A stretch of 64,000 nucleotides of DNA from an uncultured Bacillota bacterium (GTDB lineage Bacteria > Bacillota_I > Bacilli_A > RF39 > UBA660), in the NCBI GenBank assembly GCA_948466255.1, contig CAOJZV010000003.1:9722-73721 (forward strand). Reading direction: 5' to 3'. The notes below the pieces were generated by a model, which did no database searches, was not told the origin of the DNA, and worked only from the letters and a program-made list of their open reading frames with translations. Of the stretch, positions 30,988 through 42,589 are shown in pieces. The position numbers and the translations under genes are program-made. How positions within the stretch are numbered: position 1 is the first letter of the stretch; each line of letters begins with the position of its first letter.

Positions 30988-31160
30988 TAAAAGAAAAAGA
31001 TACCACGTGTTCTAGGAACGAAAAGCCGTGGTACCATCCTAATTAATCTTAATTTATATAACGGTTTTACCCGGATGTGTTTGCACATCACTAAAAAGGA
31101 GCTTTCAGTTAATTTGTTTTACTAGTTTCCACCTAACACTAGCTCTCTATAAAAACTAAA
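30988..31160 (-). ncRNA. T-box riboswitch leader (Ala specifier)
   Basis: Minus strand AGAGAG..GGTGGAA stem I boxes, GAAA-GCT-CC specifier (31100-31102), T-box AGGATGGTACCACGG (31026-31040), terminator TACCACG/CGTGGTA plus T-run; upstream of alaS. Confidence 0.85.
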
Positions 31161-31165
31161 TTAAC

Positions 31166-32374
31166 TTACTTTTCTTTTTTTGCGTTTTTATTTATTTTTT
31201 TTACTCTAATTTTTGTATCGGAGACTTCTAAAAGTTCAGGCTGCCTATCAATAATACCATATTTCTTATCAAAGAATTGGAATATTGTTTTTCCAACTGC
31301 AATACATGGAGTTGAAATGATCATTCCTAATATTCCAAAGAAATATCCAAATACTAATAGTCCTAGCATAATTGTTACTGGATGTAGTTTTGTTGTTTTT
31401 GACATAATAAATGGCTGTAAGAAGTTCCCCTCTAAGAATTGAATTACTACAATTACTATTAATGATAAAATTCCGATTGTTGGGCTTTGAGTAAATCCAA
31501 CGATTACGGCTGGGGCTCCCCCGATATATGGTCCAGCATATGGGATAAGATTTGTAAGGCCACAGAAGAAACCGAATAAGGCAGGTGCCTTTAATCCAAC
31601 TAACCATAAACCTATTGAAGTTAAAATAAATACTGCTGAACAATCTATTATGGCGCCATTTACATATTTTCTAAGTGAATTATTAACATCGTTAATTAAA
31701 TCCATACTTGTTTCTCTAAATTTTCTTGGTAAAAAATTAATAAGTGCAGCTTTTGATGTAGAACTTACAAGTAGGAAAAATCCGATGATTAGCCCTAATA
31801 CAAGTGTGCCCATACCAGAGAAGAATCCCGATATAATGTTAAATAATACTGCTGGAAGTTCTTTGGTTATGCCTGCTGCTGTTTGATTGAATTTACTAAA
31901 GAATTCATCCTTTATGGCGTCTGCATCAATATTTTGAATGTTATTTATGTGTTCAAATATTCCTAAACACCATGTTTTTATAGATTCAAATACATTGGGA
32001 GCTATTTTTGCAAATTCCGTTATTTGATTTGCAAGGAGTGGAATTAAAGCAGCAAGTACTAAAAATACGATTAGGAATAAAATTAAATATGTTATTATGG
32101 CTCCAAAGGTTCTTTTTATTCCTTTTGTTTGCATCCATTTTACAAAAGGATCAAATAGCCAAGCTATTAAAATACCTATAAATAATGGGGCAACAATTTT
32201 TATTACTGTCCATATAAAGCTTAAAATGTTTGTTTCTTTAAATAATAGTATAATTAAATATAAGCCTAGTGCGACTAATAGAAAGTATGTAACATTTAGT
32301 ACTTTTGAAGCACGATCAGCTACTTCATTTATTTTCTGCTTATCTATATTTGTACTAGATTTTTTTCTAAGCAT
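31166..32374 (-). CDS. AI-2E family transporter
   Basis: IAWLFDPFVKW, GLTNLIPYAGPYIG, QFLEGNFLQPFIM, LHPVTI. Confidence 0.9.
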   Translation of the reverse strand: MLRKKSSTNIDKQKINEVADRASKVLNVTYFLLVALGLYLIILLFKETNILSFIWTVIKIVAPLFIGILIAWLFDPFVKWMQTKGIKRTFGAIITYLILFLIVFLVLAALIPLLANQITEFAKIAPNVFESIKTWCLGIFEHINNIQNIDADAIKDEFFSKFNQTAAGITKELPAVLFNIISGFFSGMGTLVLGLIIGFFLLVSSTSKAALINFLPRKFRETSMDLINDVNNSLRKYVNGAIIDCSAVFILTSIGLWLVGLKAPALFGFFCGLTNLIPYAGPYIGGAPAVIVGFTQSPTIGILSLIVIVVIQFLEGNFLQPFIMSKTTKLHPVTIMLGLLVFGYFFGILGMIISTPCIAVGKTIFQFFDKKYGIIDRQPELLEVSDTKIRVKKINKNAKKEK

Positions 32375-32389
32375 TGTTGTTCACCTTCT

Positions 32390-32932
32390 TTATACTTGTA
32401 ATAGTTCTGCTTCTTTTTCTTTTAATAATACATCAACTTTTTTATTATACTCATTAATTAAATCTTGAACATCTTCTGACATACCTTTTTTATCATCTTC
32501 AGTTGCTTCTAACTTTTTGATGTCGTTATTGGCATCTTGTCTTACATTACGTAAGGATACTTTGCAGTCTTCTGCAATTTGTTTTACTTGTTTTACATAT
32601 TCCCTTCTTGTTTCTTCTGTGAGTGCGGGAATATTTAAAATTATGCTTTCTCCGTTATTGTTTGGAGTAAGTCCAATGTTAGCTTCAAATATTGCTTTTT
32701 CAATAGTGCTTAAGCTTGATTTATCAAATGGTTTAATCATAAGTTGTCTAGCTTCAGGGATTGAAATTGTAGCTAACTGTTTTAATGGGGTATCAGTTCC
32801 ATAATATGATACCATAATTCCATCTAAAATAGCTGGATTGGCTCTACCGGCTCTAACGTTCGTGAATCTTCTTTGCATAGCTTCAATAGCTTCCTGCATT
32901 TTTGTTTCTGTTTCCAATAAAATATCTTCCAT
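32390..32932 (-). CDS. frr: Ribosome recycling factor
   Basis: RAGRANPAILD, TPLKQLA, IPALTEETRRE, RNVRQDAN. Confidence 0.95.
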   Translation of the reverse strand: MEDILLETETKMQEAIEAMQRRFTNVRAGRANPAILDGIMVSYYGTDTPLKQLATISIPEARQLMIKPFDKSSLSTIEKAIFEANIGLTPNNNGESIILNIPALTEETRREYVKQVKQIAEDCKVSLRNVRQDANNDIKKLEATEDDKKGMSEDVQDLINEYNKKVDVLLKEKEAELLQV

Positions 32933-33061
32933 TTTTTTCTTCCTTTCTTATTATTACTATTATAATATATATATGAATTTGCTGCAAGTATGAATTGTAA
33001 GTTTTATATTATTTTTATTATATATAAAATTATATTGAAAAGAAAAAACCTTAATAGGTTT

Positions 33062-34189
33062 TTATAAATATTGTTTTATATTTTCAAATTCTTTTCCACT
33101 ATCTAAATCAGTTTTAGAAAGTGCTTCAAATAATTTCTTTTGTTCTTTAGTTAATTTTTCTGGAGTTTTAACTTTTAAAACGATATACATATCACCTTTT
33201 CCAAACGAATTTATATTTTCTACTCCTTTGCCTCTTACTCTATGTTTATCATTACTTTGACTTCCTGCTGGGATTGTTAAAGTAATTGGCCCATAAAGAG
33301 TTGGAACTTTCTTTTTACATCCTAAAGCAGCTTCTGAAATAGTAAGTGGTAAATCTAAGTAAATATCATTACCTTCCCTTACATATATTGAATGTGGTTT
33401 TACAATAAATTCTATGTATATATCACCATTAGGTCCGCCATTTGTTCCAGCCTCTCCTTTGTCTTTAATTCTTAATTGGTTACCTGTATCTACACCAGCT
33501 GGCACTTTGACTTCAATTTCTTTATTAGCTCTTACGGCTCCTGTTCCATGACATTTTTTACATTCTTTTTTATATGTCTTCCCTTTTCCTTCGCACTTTG
33601 GACATATTGTTTTGGTCATGAAAGCCCCAAAGATTGTTTGTTGTTCACTAGTAATTTGTCCTGAACCATGGCATTCATCACAGGTTTTCTCATCAAATCC
33701 ACCTTTACCGTGGCATTCATCACATGTTTCATTTAAGGTTAAAGTTATATCTTTTTTTGTTCCAAATACGGCTTCTTCAAATGTTAATTCCATTTGAATT
33801 ACTGTATCTGGTCCTTTCGTTGGTCTTGAAGTACTACCTCCACCAAATCCACTAAAACCAAAATCGCTGAAATTACTGAATCCTCCACCGAAGCTTCCAC
33901 CGAAGGCTTCTCTTATAATGTCTGAAAAGTCAAAGCCACTAAAGTCATATCCACCTGCGCCATTATTATCAAATGCACTATGGCCAAACTGATCATATTG
34001 CTTACGTTTTGTTTCATCTGATAATACTGCATAGGCTTCTTGGGCTTCTTTAAATTTTTCTTCAGCATCTGGTTCTTTTGAAACATCTGGGTGATATTTC
34101 TTTGCTAATTTCCTAAAGGCACTTTTGATTTCATTTTGGGTTGCGTTTTTGTCAACGCCCAAAACTTCATAGTAATCTTTTTTATTCAT
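33062..34189 (-). CDS. dnaJ: Chaperone DnaJ
   Basis: J domain with HPD, G/F region, four CxxCxGxG repeats. Confidence 0.97.
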   Translation of the reverse strand: MNKKDYYEVLGVDKNATQNEIKSAFRKLAKKYHPDVSKEPDAEEKFKEAQEAYAVLSDETKRKQYDQFGHSAFDNNGAGGYDFSGFDFSDIIREAFGGSFGGGFSNFSDFGFSGFGGGSTSRPTKGPDTVIQMELTFEEAVFGTKKDITLTLNETCDECHGKGGFDEKTCDECHGSGQITSEQQTIFGAFMTKTICPKCEGKGKTYKKECKKCHGTGAVRANKEIEVKVPAGVDTGNQLRIKDKGEAGTNGGPNGDIYIEFIVKPHSIYVREGNDIYLDLPLTISEAALGCKKKVPTLYGPITLTIPAGSQSNDKHRVRGKGVENINSFGKGDMYIVLKVKTPEKLTKEQKKLFEALSKTDLDSGKEFENIKQYL

Positions 34190-34200
34190 AATTCCACCAC

Positions 34201-36000
34201 CTAATTACTTAATAACTGTTCTAATTCGTTTAAATATTCTTTAAACATATCCATAGCACTTTGGATGACCTTTGGATCTGTTAAATCTACACCGGCAATT
34301 TTTAATTCATCTAATGGATACATACTACCACCTGTTTTTAGGAATTCTAAATAGTTTTCTTTAGCATTTTCTTTACCTTCTAAAATTCCTTTTACGATAT
34401 GGCAAGCAGCTGCAAGTCCAGTTGAATATTTATAAACATAGAAATCATAGTAGAAATGAGGAATTCTTTCCCATTCATATTGTATTTCTTCATCTATGAT
34501 TATATCATTACCAAAGTATTTTTGCACTAATTTATAGTAAGTATCATTTAAAACTTCGGCTGTTAATATTTCACCATTTTCATTTTTTTCTGATATTATT
34601 TTTTCAAATTCAGCAAACATTGTTTGTCTAAATATTGAAGCTTTAAATAATTCTAATATTTGGTTTAATATATTTATTTTTTCTTCTTTGGTTTTAACTT
34701 TATTTAACATATAATTATTAAATAAAAGTTCATTTACTTGGGACGCTACTTCAGCGACAAATATTTCATAGTATCCATATTGAATAGGGTTGTTTTTATG
34801 TGAATAATAACTATGCATAGAGTGACCTAATTCATGGGCTAAAGTAGAAACATCATGATATTTCCCTTCAAAGTTTAATAGAAGAAATGGATTTGTTAAA
34901 TAAGAGCCACCTGAATATGCTCCACCTCTTTTGTTTTTGTTTGGATAAATATCTATCCATCTTTCATTAAAGGCTCTATTTAGGTTTGTAATATAATCAT
35001 TACCTAAAACGTTTAAAGCATCTACTACAAAATGTTTAGCTTCTTCAAATGTGTATTTGTTATTTACTTCTTTAGAAATATCTACATATATATCATATAA
35101 ATGCATTTCATCTAAATTTAATGCCTTTTGTTTTAATTTATAGTATTTATATAAATTATCTAAATTTTTACTTACGGTTTCTATTAGATTATTATATACA
35201 TCGACACTTACGTTATCACTAAATAGTGAAGCTTCTAAACTACTATTAAAATGTCTTACTTTACTAAAAGCAGTTTTTTTGTCTACAAAAGCAGATAGTG
35301 CGAGTGCGAATGTATTATTAAACTGTTTCATCACTTTATAATTAGTTTTAAAAGCAGCTTTTCTAACATTTCTATCTTTTGACATTATATATGTACTATA
35401 ATTTGTGCTTGTTAGTTTTACTTCGTTTCCTTCTTCATCTTTTATAGTTCCATAATCTATTTCAGAATCTGAAAGCATATTAGATATTTTTACTGTATTT
35501 GAAAAGGCTTTGCTTAAAGATGAAATAAGTTTTTCTTCTTTTTCAGAAAGTATATGTGGTTTTTCTCTAAAAATATTTTCTAAAACAAATCCGTATTCTT
35601 TTTCTAATTTAGGATTTTCTTTATAGTAGCTTTCTATGTTTTCTAAACCAAATTCTAATAATTTTGGCGATAGAAAACTAGCATTTTCTGAAAATATTTC
35701 ATATAATGTATGAATCTTTTCTTTCCATGCTTGATTTTTATTGTTTGCGATATCTTCATCATATTTTTGACTTACATATGTCCATAGTTTATCTAGGGTC
35801 ATATCGATATCATAATATGTTTTTAGAGTATTATATAGATTATCACTACTATTTAGAAATGTAGTTTCGTTTTCTTTAAACTTTTTTATTCCTTCTGTTA
35901 CTTTATTATAGTCTATTTGTAATTCGCTTTCATTTTTATAAACTGTGCTTAAATCCCACTTATATTTTTCTTCTACTTCTTCTCTGGTTTTTTCATTCAT
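34201..36000 (-). CDS. pepF: Oligoendopeptidase F (M3B)
   Basis: [38 protein letters not shown]. Confidence 0.93.
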   Translation of the reverse strand: MNEKTREEVEEKYKWDLSTVYKNESELQIDYNKVTEGIKKFKENETTFLNSSDNLYNTLKTYYDIDMTLDKLWTYVSQKYDEDIANNKNQAWKEKIHTLYEIFSENASFLSPKLLEFGLENIESYYKENPKLEKEYGFVLENIFREKPHILSEKEEKLISSLSKAFSNTVKISNMLSDSEIDYGTIKDEEGNEVKLTSTNYSTYIMSKDRNVRKAAFKTNYKVMKQFNNTFALALSAFVDKKTAFSKVRHFNSSLEASLFSDNVSVDVYNNLIETVSKNLDNLYKYYKLKQKALNLDEMHLYDIYVDISKEVNNKYTFEEAKHFVVDALNVLGNDYITNLNRAFNERWIDIYPNKNKRGGAYSGGSYLTNPFLLLNFEGKYHDVSTLAHELGHSMHSYYSHKNNPIQYGYYEIFVAEVASQVNELLFNNYMLNKVKTKEEKINILNQILELFKASIFRQTMFAEFEKIISEKNENGEILTAEVLNDTYYKLVQKYFGNDIIIDEEIQYEWERIPHFYYDFYVYKYSTGLAAACHIVKGILEGKENAKENYLEFLKTGGSMYPLDELKIAGVDLTDPKVIQSAMDMFKEYLNELEQLLSN

Positions 36001-36056
36001 GTTTGTCCCTTTCTAGAAAGAAAGTTCTAGCTAACTAGAACTTATTTTTCTTTTGA

Positions 36057-37871
<1,815 letters not shown>

Positions 37872-37886
37872 TCATCCTCTCTTTTT

Positions 37887-38483
37887 TTATTCGCTAACTT
37901 TTACCATAGCGCTTCTTATAACTTTATCTTTTAATAAATATCCTTTTTGTAATACTTCGATTACCATACCAGGTTCTACCCCTTCTACTTTTTCGGTTAG
38001 CACAGCTTGGTGGTAATTAGGATCAAATGGTTTTTTATTGCCATCAATCGCTTTGATTTCAAATTTATTTAATACATCAGTTAAATGACAATATATCATT
38101 TTAAATCCTTCTAAAAATTTTGATAGTTCATCTTCTAGATTATCATCATCTAAACTTATTGCTCTTTCAAAATTATCGATGATTGGAAGTAATTCTTTAG
38201 CAATATCTTCATTTGAATATTTTAGCATTCTAGTAACTTCTTCTTCTTTTCTTTTTCGGTAATTTATCATATCAGCATCTTTTCTTAATAGTGCTTCTTC
38301 TAAAGATTTTATTTTTTCTTCAGATTTATTTTCTTTTTTTATTGTTTTTTTTAGTTTATCTGTCAGTTTTTTTTCTTTACTTTCGTCTTTTGCTTTTTCT
38401 TCTTTTATATTTTCTTGTTTGTCTTCTGTTTTTTTAGTTTCTTCTTTTTTCAGTTTTTCTTTTTCTTCCATTTTATCACCCAT
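37887..38483 (-). CDS. grpE: Nucleotide exchange factor GrpE
   Basis: AD..NYRKR, LLPIIDNFERA, FDPNYHQAV, QKGY.L.D.VIR.AMV.V. Confidence 0.95.
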   Translation of the reverse strand: MGDKMEEKEKLKKEETKKTEDKQENIKEEKAKDESKEKKLTDKLKKTIKKENKSEEKIKSLEEALLRKDADMINYRKRKEEEVTRMLKYSNEDIAKELLPIIDNFERAISLDDDNLEDELSKFLEGFKMIYCHLTDVLNKFEIKAIDGNKKPFDPNYHQAVLTEKVEGVEPGMVIEVLQKGYLLKDKVIRSAMVKVSE

Positions 38484-38508
38484 TCATTTTATTTAACTTT
38501 TTCTAAGT

Positions 38509-39501
38509 TTATATTTTATTTATGTTCTCTTTGATATAGTTTAGCAAAGCTTCAGCTCGGTCATATTCCATACGTTTTGGTCCAATTAAAGCTATTGTTC
38601 CTTCAATACCATCTTTGGTATAATATGTTCTTATAACTGAAACATCATCATCTACTCCATTTTCACTACCAATATGAATATTTATTCCGTCTTCAGTAGT
38701 ACTAATGTTTTTAATTAAATTAGAATCTTCAAATTTGTTTAATATATTACGTACTTTGGTAATATCATCAAATTCTGGTGAACCTAACAATTTTGCTTTC
38801 CCTGAAACTTTAATATCTGGATGGACAGCAAAGTCATTAAATGCTGTATAAAATGCATTATACAATGCTTCATGTTGTTTAACATATTTACCAATAATTG
38901 GTTTTACCTCAAATTCTAAGGCTTTACTAACTTCAGAAAGTGGTGTACCGACGATTAATCTATTAATAATATCAACTGTTTGTTTTATTTCTGCTTGTGA
39001 TACTGTTTCTTTTATTGTGACATTTCTATTTTCTACGTGACCTTTATCGGTTATTACAATTGCAGTCATTGTATTTGGACTAGTTGGTACTGCTTCTATT
39101 TTTACTACTCTATTGTTTTCTGAGGCATTACCTAAAACTACTGCTGTATAGTTTGTTAATTCTGAAACGATTTCCATACTTTTTTCAATTGCATCACTTA
39201 AAACTAGTGAATTGTTTCTGAAAATTGTTTGTAGTTTTAACATATCTTCGCCAGTTAATTCTTTGGCCTGCATAATATTATCAACATAATATCTATAGCC
39301 TTTATCACTGGGTACTCTGCCTGATGATGAATGTGTTTTTTCAAGCATGCCTTCGCTTTCTAATGCGGCCATTTCATTTCTAATGGTAGCGCTAGAACAG
39401 TTCATAATATCACATAAAGCTTTTGAGCCTACTGGTCTTGCAGTTTTGATGTAATTTTCAACAATGAGTTTTAATAAATGCTCTTGCCTTTCTGTTATCA
39501 C
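38509..39501 (-). CDS. hrcA: Heat-inducible repressor HrcA
   Basis: YIKTARPVGSK, SSATIRNEM, HSSSGRVPSDKGYRYYVD, IGPKRMEY. Confidence 0.95.
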   Translation of the reverse strand: MITERQEHLLKLIVENYIKTARPVGSKALCDIMNCSSATIRNEMAALESEGMLEKTHSSSGRVPSDKGYRYYVDNIMQAKELTGEDMLKLQTIFRNNSLVLSDAIEKSMEIVSELTNYTAVVLGNASENNRVVKIEAVPTSPNTMTAIVITDKGHVENRNVTIKETVSQAEIKQTVDIINRLIVGTPLSEVSKALEFEVKPIIGKYVKQHEALYNAFYTAFNDFAVHPDIKVSGKAKLLGSPEFDDITKVRNILNKFEDSNLIKNISTTEDGINIHIGSENGVDDDVSVIRTYYTKDGIEGTIALIGPKRMEYDRAEALLNYIKENINKI

Positions 39502-39534
39502 AATATCACCTCGTTTGTGTTTATTGGCACTATT

Positions 39535-39608
39535 TTAGCACTCTACTTTTTTGAATGCTATTTGAATTATAACATTATATGTTAGCACTGTCAATAGTAT
39601 ACTGCTAA
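39535..39608 (-). promoter_or_regulatory. Two CIRCE elements flanking a SigA promoter
   Basis: TTAGCACTC-N9-GAATGCTAT (39535-39561) and TTAGCACTG-N9-TACTGCTAA (39582-39608); minus-strand TTGACA-17-TATAAT (39589-39594, 39566-39571). Confidence 0.9.
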
Positions 39609-39644
39609 TTTCACATATTTTCTCATATTCTTCCATTTTCACTA

Positions 39645-40622
39645 TTATAAAGCTTTATTTATTACAGATTTTGTTGTTTTTTGACCAATGCTTTTTTTAT
39701 TTTGGTAAGTTGTTATTTTTATGTTATCTGTATTTAGATACTTTTCTATATTTTCATCGCCTTTTCTACAGATTAATATTCCTATCGTTGGATTATGGTG
39801 AGGCTTTTTTAATTCTAAATCAATATAGTTAATGTAAAATTGTAACTGTCCAATATCTTCTTTTTTTAGGTCTTGAATTTTTAATTCAATAACTACATAG
39901 CAATCTTTTTCAACATTAAAAAATAATAAATCTATATAATGAAATTTACCGCCTACTTTTAGTTTCTTTTCACTTCCCATAAATGAAAATCCTGCACCTA
40001 ACTCTAAAAGAAATGTCTCTATTTGTTTTAATATTGCCTGTTTTAAGGCCTTTTCGTTTAGTTCTTTATCTTTTAATTCTTGTAAATCAATTAGAAGTGG
40101 GTCCTTTATAAATTCCATTATGTTCATTGTGTCATCCTTTCTCATTATTTCAATATTTTCTTTTGTCTTATCATCCAATCTTTCAAAAGCATTGTTTTTT
40201 ATTTCTTCTTGCAACTGCCTTACTGAGATATTATTCTTATTTATTAAATTAATATAGTAATTTCTTTTGCTTTTATCTTTGATGGGTAATATATTTACTA
40301 TATGTGTCCAAGTGATGAAATGTTGCGTCAGTGACGCAACATTTGGAAAAAGTAAATAAAATTTTTTCATTCTTGTTAATGATGTATAATTATAACCGGC
40401 TCCGTATAAATTGGTTAGTTCTATTCCAAGTTCTTTTATATAACTATTTCCATATCTTATTTTGTCTTCATTGTAGGCATTTACTATTTCTTTTCCAATA
40501 TTCCAATTAGTAATTAATTTATCTCTTTCTTCCTCTGAGTTTCTTACTTTATTTTGTACTATATTGTTCTCAATTAGTGTTTTTATGTTTTTTGTATAAA
40601 TATTTTCTTTTATTTGTGGCAT
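39645..40622 (-). CDS. YhcG/DUF1016 PD-(D/E)XK nuclease-family protein (second paralog)
   Basis: NWNIGKEI, ITWTH, IKDP, LLELGAGFSFMG, YIDLLFFN...CYVVIELK, GQLQFYINY. Confidence 0.88.
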   Translation of the reverse strand: MPQIKENIYTKNIKTLIENNIVQNKVRNSEEERDKLITNWNIGKEIVNAYNEDKIRYGNSYIKELGIELTNLYGAGYNYTSLTRMKKFYLLFPNVASLTQHFITWTHIVNILPIKDKSKRNYYINLINKNNISVRQLQEEIKNNAFERLDDKTKENIEIMRKDDTMNIMEFIKDPLLIDLQELKDKELNEKALKQAILKQIETFLLELGAGFSFMGSEKKLKVGGKFHYIDLLFFNVEKDCYVVIELKIQDLKKEDIGQLQFYINYIDLELKKPHHNPTIGILICRKGDENIEKYLNTDNIKITTYQNKKSIGQKTTKSVINKAL

Positions 40623-40651
40623 ATTTTTCTTCCTTTCTTTTTGTTTTTTTG

Positions 40652-40723
40652 CACCTCGTATATATCCTACGAGATTTATATAGTGATTTCCTTTTTATTT
40701 TTGAAATTTTTGTATATTTTTTT
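40652..40723 (-). repeat. Dispersed element copy 3; left copy of a 72-bp exact direct repeat
   Basis: cacctcgtatatatcctacgagatttatatagtgatttcc...gtatattttttt, identical to 41321-41392. Confidence 0.95.
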
Positions 40724-40843
40724 GATTTTATCTATATTATATAAGTGATACTGCTATTTGACTTGACAGTTATTTTGTAGTATCATTTGTTATAGATGTG
40801 GATGAACTGTTACTACCTTCCGCTTTGGGCGTATAACAAAGGA

Positions 40844-41315
40844 TCAAGTTTTACTTGAAGCATGAGTTAAAGTAGTAGGTTCTTTCCACATTGTTTTTAT
40901 TTTTAAATATTTACTTTTTTGTGGAACAATTTCTACTACATAAGTCGTAGTATTATTTAATATTTTTATATATCTTATGGAAACACCTTCTTTATTGGGT
41001 GTTCCTTTTATTATGTAATCTGGTTTATTTATTATTTTAGGAATATTTTTAATATCTTCTTTTGTGATAGGAATTTGTTTTTTTGAATTTTCTACTTTTT
41101 TATTACCATGATTATTTAACATATGACGAATATCATTATCTAGTAAAATATGTATTCTATTATCTACATTTATGCCTAATAATAAATGTTTTTTTTGATG
41201 CTTTAATATTGATTTTACCTAAATAATTTTTATTTTTTGAGTTTTTGTTTAAAATGGCATTTTCGATTTGTTTTTCTAAATTTAAAAATAAAATATTATC
41301 TTTGTGTTGGTTCAT
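40844..41315 (-). pseudogene. Frameshifted PBECR-like (Barnase/EndoU/ColE5/RelE-superfamily) nuclease
   Basis: ATG at 41315 with GAGGTG RBS. Removing one base from the T8 run (41189-41196) joins it to ORF 40844-41122, giving about 156 aa with IRHMLNNHG..PITKEDIKNIPKIINKPD..YIK..YVVE..KTMWK. Confidence 0.65.
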
Positions 41316-41320
41316 TTTAT

Positions 41321-41392
41321 CACCTCGTATATATCCTACGAGATTTATATAGTGATTTCCTTTTTATTTTTGAAATTTTTGTATATTTTTTT
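41321..41392 (-). repeat. Dispersed element copy 4; right copy of the 72-bp direct repeat
   Basis: Identical to 40652-40723; its GAGGTG arm serves as the RBS of the PBECR-like gene. Confidence 0.95.
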
Positions 41393-41425
41393 TATTTTTT
41401 TTAAAACTATTATTAGGTGAACTAT

Positions 41426-41923
41426 ATGAATATATTAATTTATGCTGGAATTTTTATTTTTAAAGCGATTGAAGAAGCTCTTAGAACACTTCATATTATT
41501 GTTGTTTCTAATGGTAAAAAATGGCTTGGGGCGATTGTTCAATTTTTTGTAGCAATTATTTGGCTCGTAGTTACAGGTACGGTTATTGTAGACATTAAAG
41601 AAGATCCTTTGAAAATTTTCTTTTATGCGATTGGGTCTTTATTTGGTTCTTATTTAGGTAGTGTTTTGGAAGAAAAAATTGCTTTGGGTTATGTTGTTTT
41701 GATGGCTGAGGTAAGTGATGATGTAGCTAAGTCATTGATTATTAGACTTAGAAAAGCTAGATTTGGGATTAAAAGTGTTTTAGGAGGTAAAGAGGAAACA
41801 GTATTATTAATGATTACTGCAAAACGTAAAAAAACTGATGAGGTTATTGAAATCATCAGATCTTTTGATAAGGATGTAGAGATTATGACTGAAAGTGTTA
41901 ATATTGTGAAATCTCATTTATAA
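41426..41923 (+). CDS. DUF5698/DUF2179-like membrane protein
   Basis: IFIFKAIE..LRTLHII.V..G.K..GA...FF...IW, YAIGSLFGSY.G...EEKIALG. Confidence 0.75.
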   Translation: MNILIYAGIFIFKAIEEALRTLHIIVVSNGKKWLGAIVQFFVAIIWLVVTGTVIVDIKEDPLKIFFYAIGSLFGSYLGSVLEEKIALGYVVLMAEVSDDVAKSLIIRLRKARFGIKSVLGGKEETVLLMITAKRKKTDEVIEIIRSFDKDVEIMTESVNIVKSHL

Positions 41924-42533
41924 ATTCATGTATTTCTTTACTTTTATCAGTGATAATATTTGCTTTGTTTTTTATTTTATTAAATATTTCTTTATTATTT
42001 ATGGTCCAAGCAAAAGTCTCTTTTTTAGGGACTTTTTCTATATGTCTATAATTTACTGAATTAAAATCAAAATTATTTTCTAAATGATTTGTATTTAGTT
42101 TTATTCCGATAATTAAACCTGCTTTATATTTTGGATATCTTTTCTTTAGTGTTTCTAATAGTTCATAATTAAAACTACACAAATAATAATTTAAATTATA
42201 TTTTTTTAATAGTTTATTTAGTTTAATTAATAATAAATTATTATTTTTCTTTTCTTCTTTTATTTCTATTAATAATATTTTTTTTGAATTTATTTGTTCT
42301 AATACTTCTTCTAAGGAGTTTAATCCTTTTTTTTGAAGTATTTTTAATCTTGTTTTTTCTATATAATATCCAGCATAAAATGGATCGTGATGAATAACAA
42401 AATTATAGTCTTTTGTCATTCGTATATCTATTTCTATTCCATCTATATAGGGAATTGTTAAACTATTTAAAATAGCCTCCATTGTATTTTCTTTATGGAT
42501 TTCATCATTGGCTCTATGGGCAATTATTTTCAT
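41898..42533 (-). CDS. Glycerophosphodiester phosphodiesterase family protein
   Basis: IIAHRA, KENT, IEIDIR.TKD...VIHHD, IEIK, CSFN, AWTIN. Confidence 0.85.
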   Translation of the reverse strand: MKIIAHRANDEIHKENTMEAILNSLTIPYIDGIEIDIRMTKDYNFVIHHDPFYAGYYIEKTRLKILQKKGLNSLEEVLEQINSKKILLIEIKEEKKNNNLLLIKLNKLLKKYNLNYYLCSFNYELLETLKKRYPKYKAGLIIGIKLNTNHLENNFDFNSVNYRHIEKVPKKETFAWTINNKEIFNKIKNKANIITDKSKEIHEFINEISQY

Positions 42534-42552
42534 GGTTACACCTCTAATAAAG

Positions 42553-42589
42553 TATATGAAAAAAGAACAATTATTTATCTAATTGTTCT
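42553..42589. repeat. 37-bp exact direct repeat, left copy (terminator hairpin)
   Basis: tatatgaaaaaagaacaattatttatctaattgttct, identical to 45289-45325. Confidence 0.95.

Noticed and set aside
40652-41392. Repeat pair as a CRISPR array
   Set aside because: Only two 72-bp copies, 669 bp apart with a gene between them, and no cas genes.
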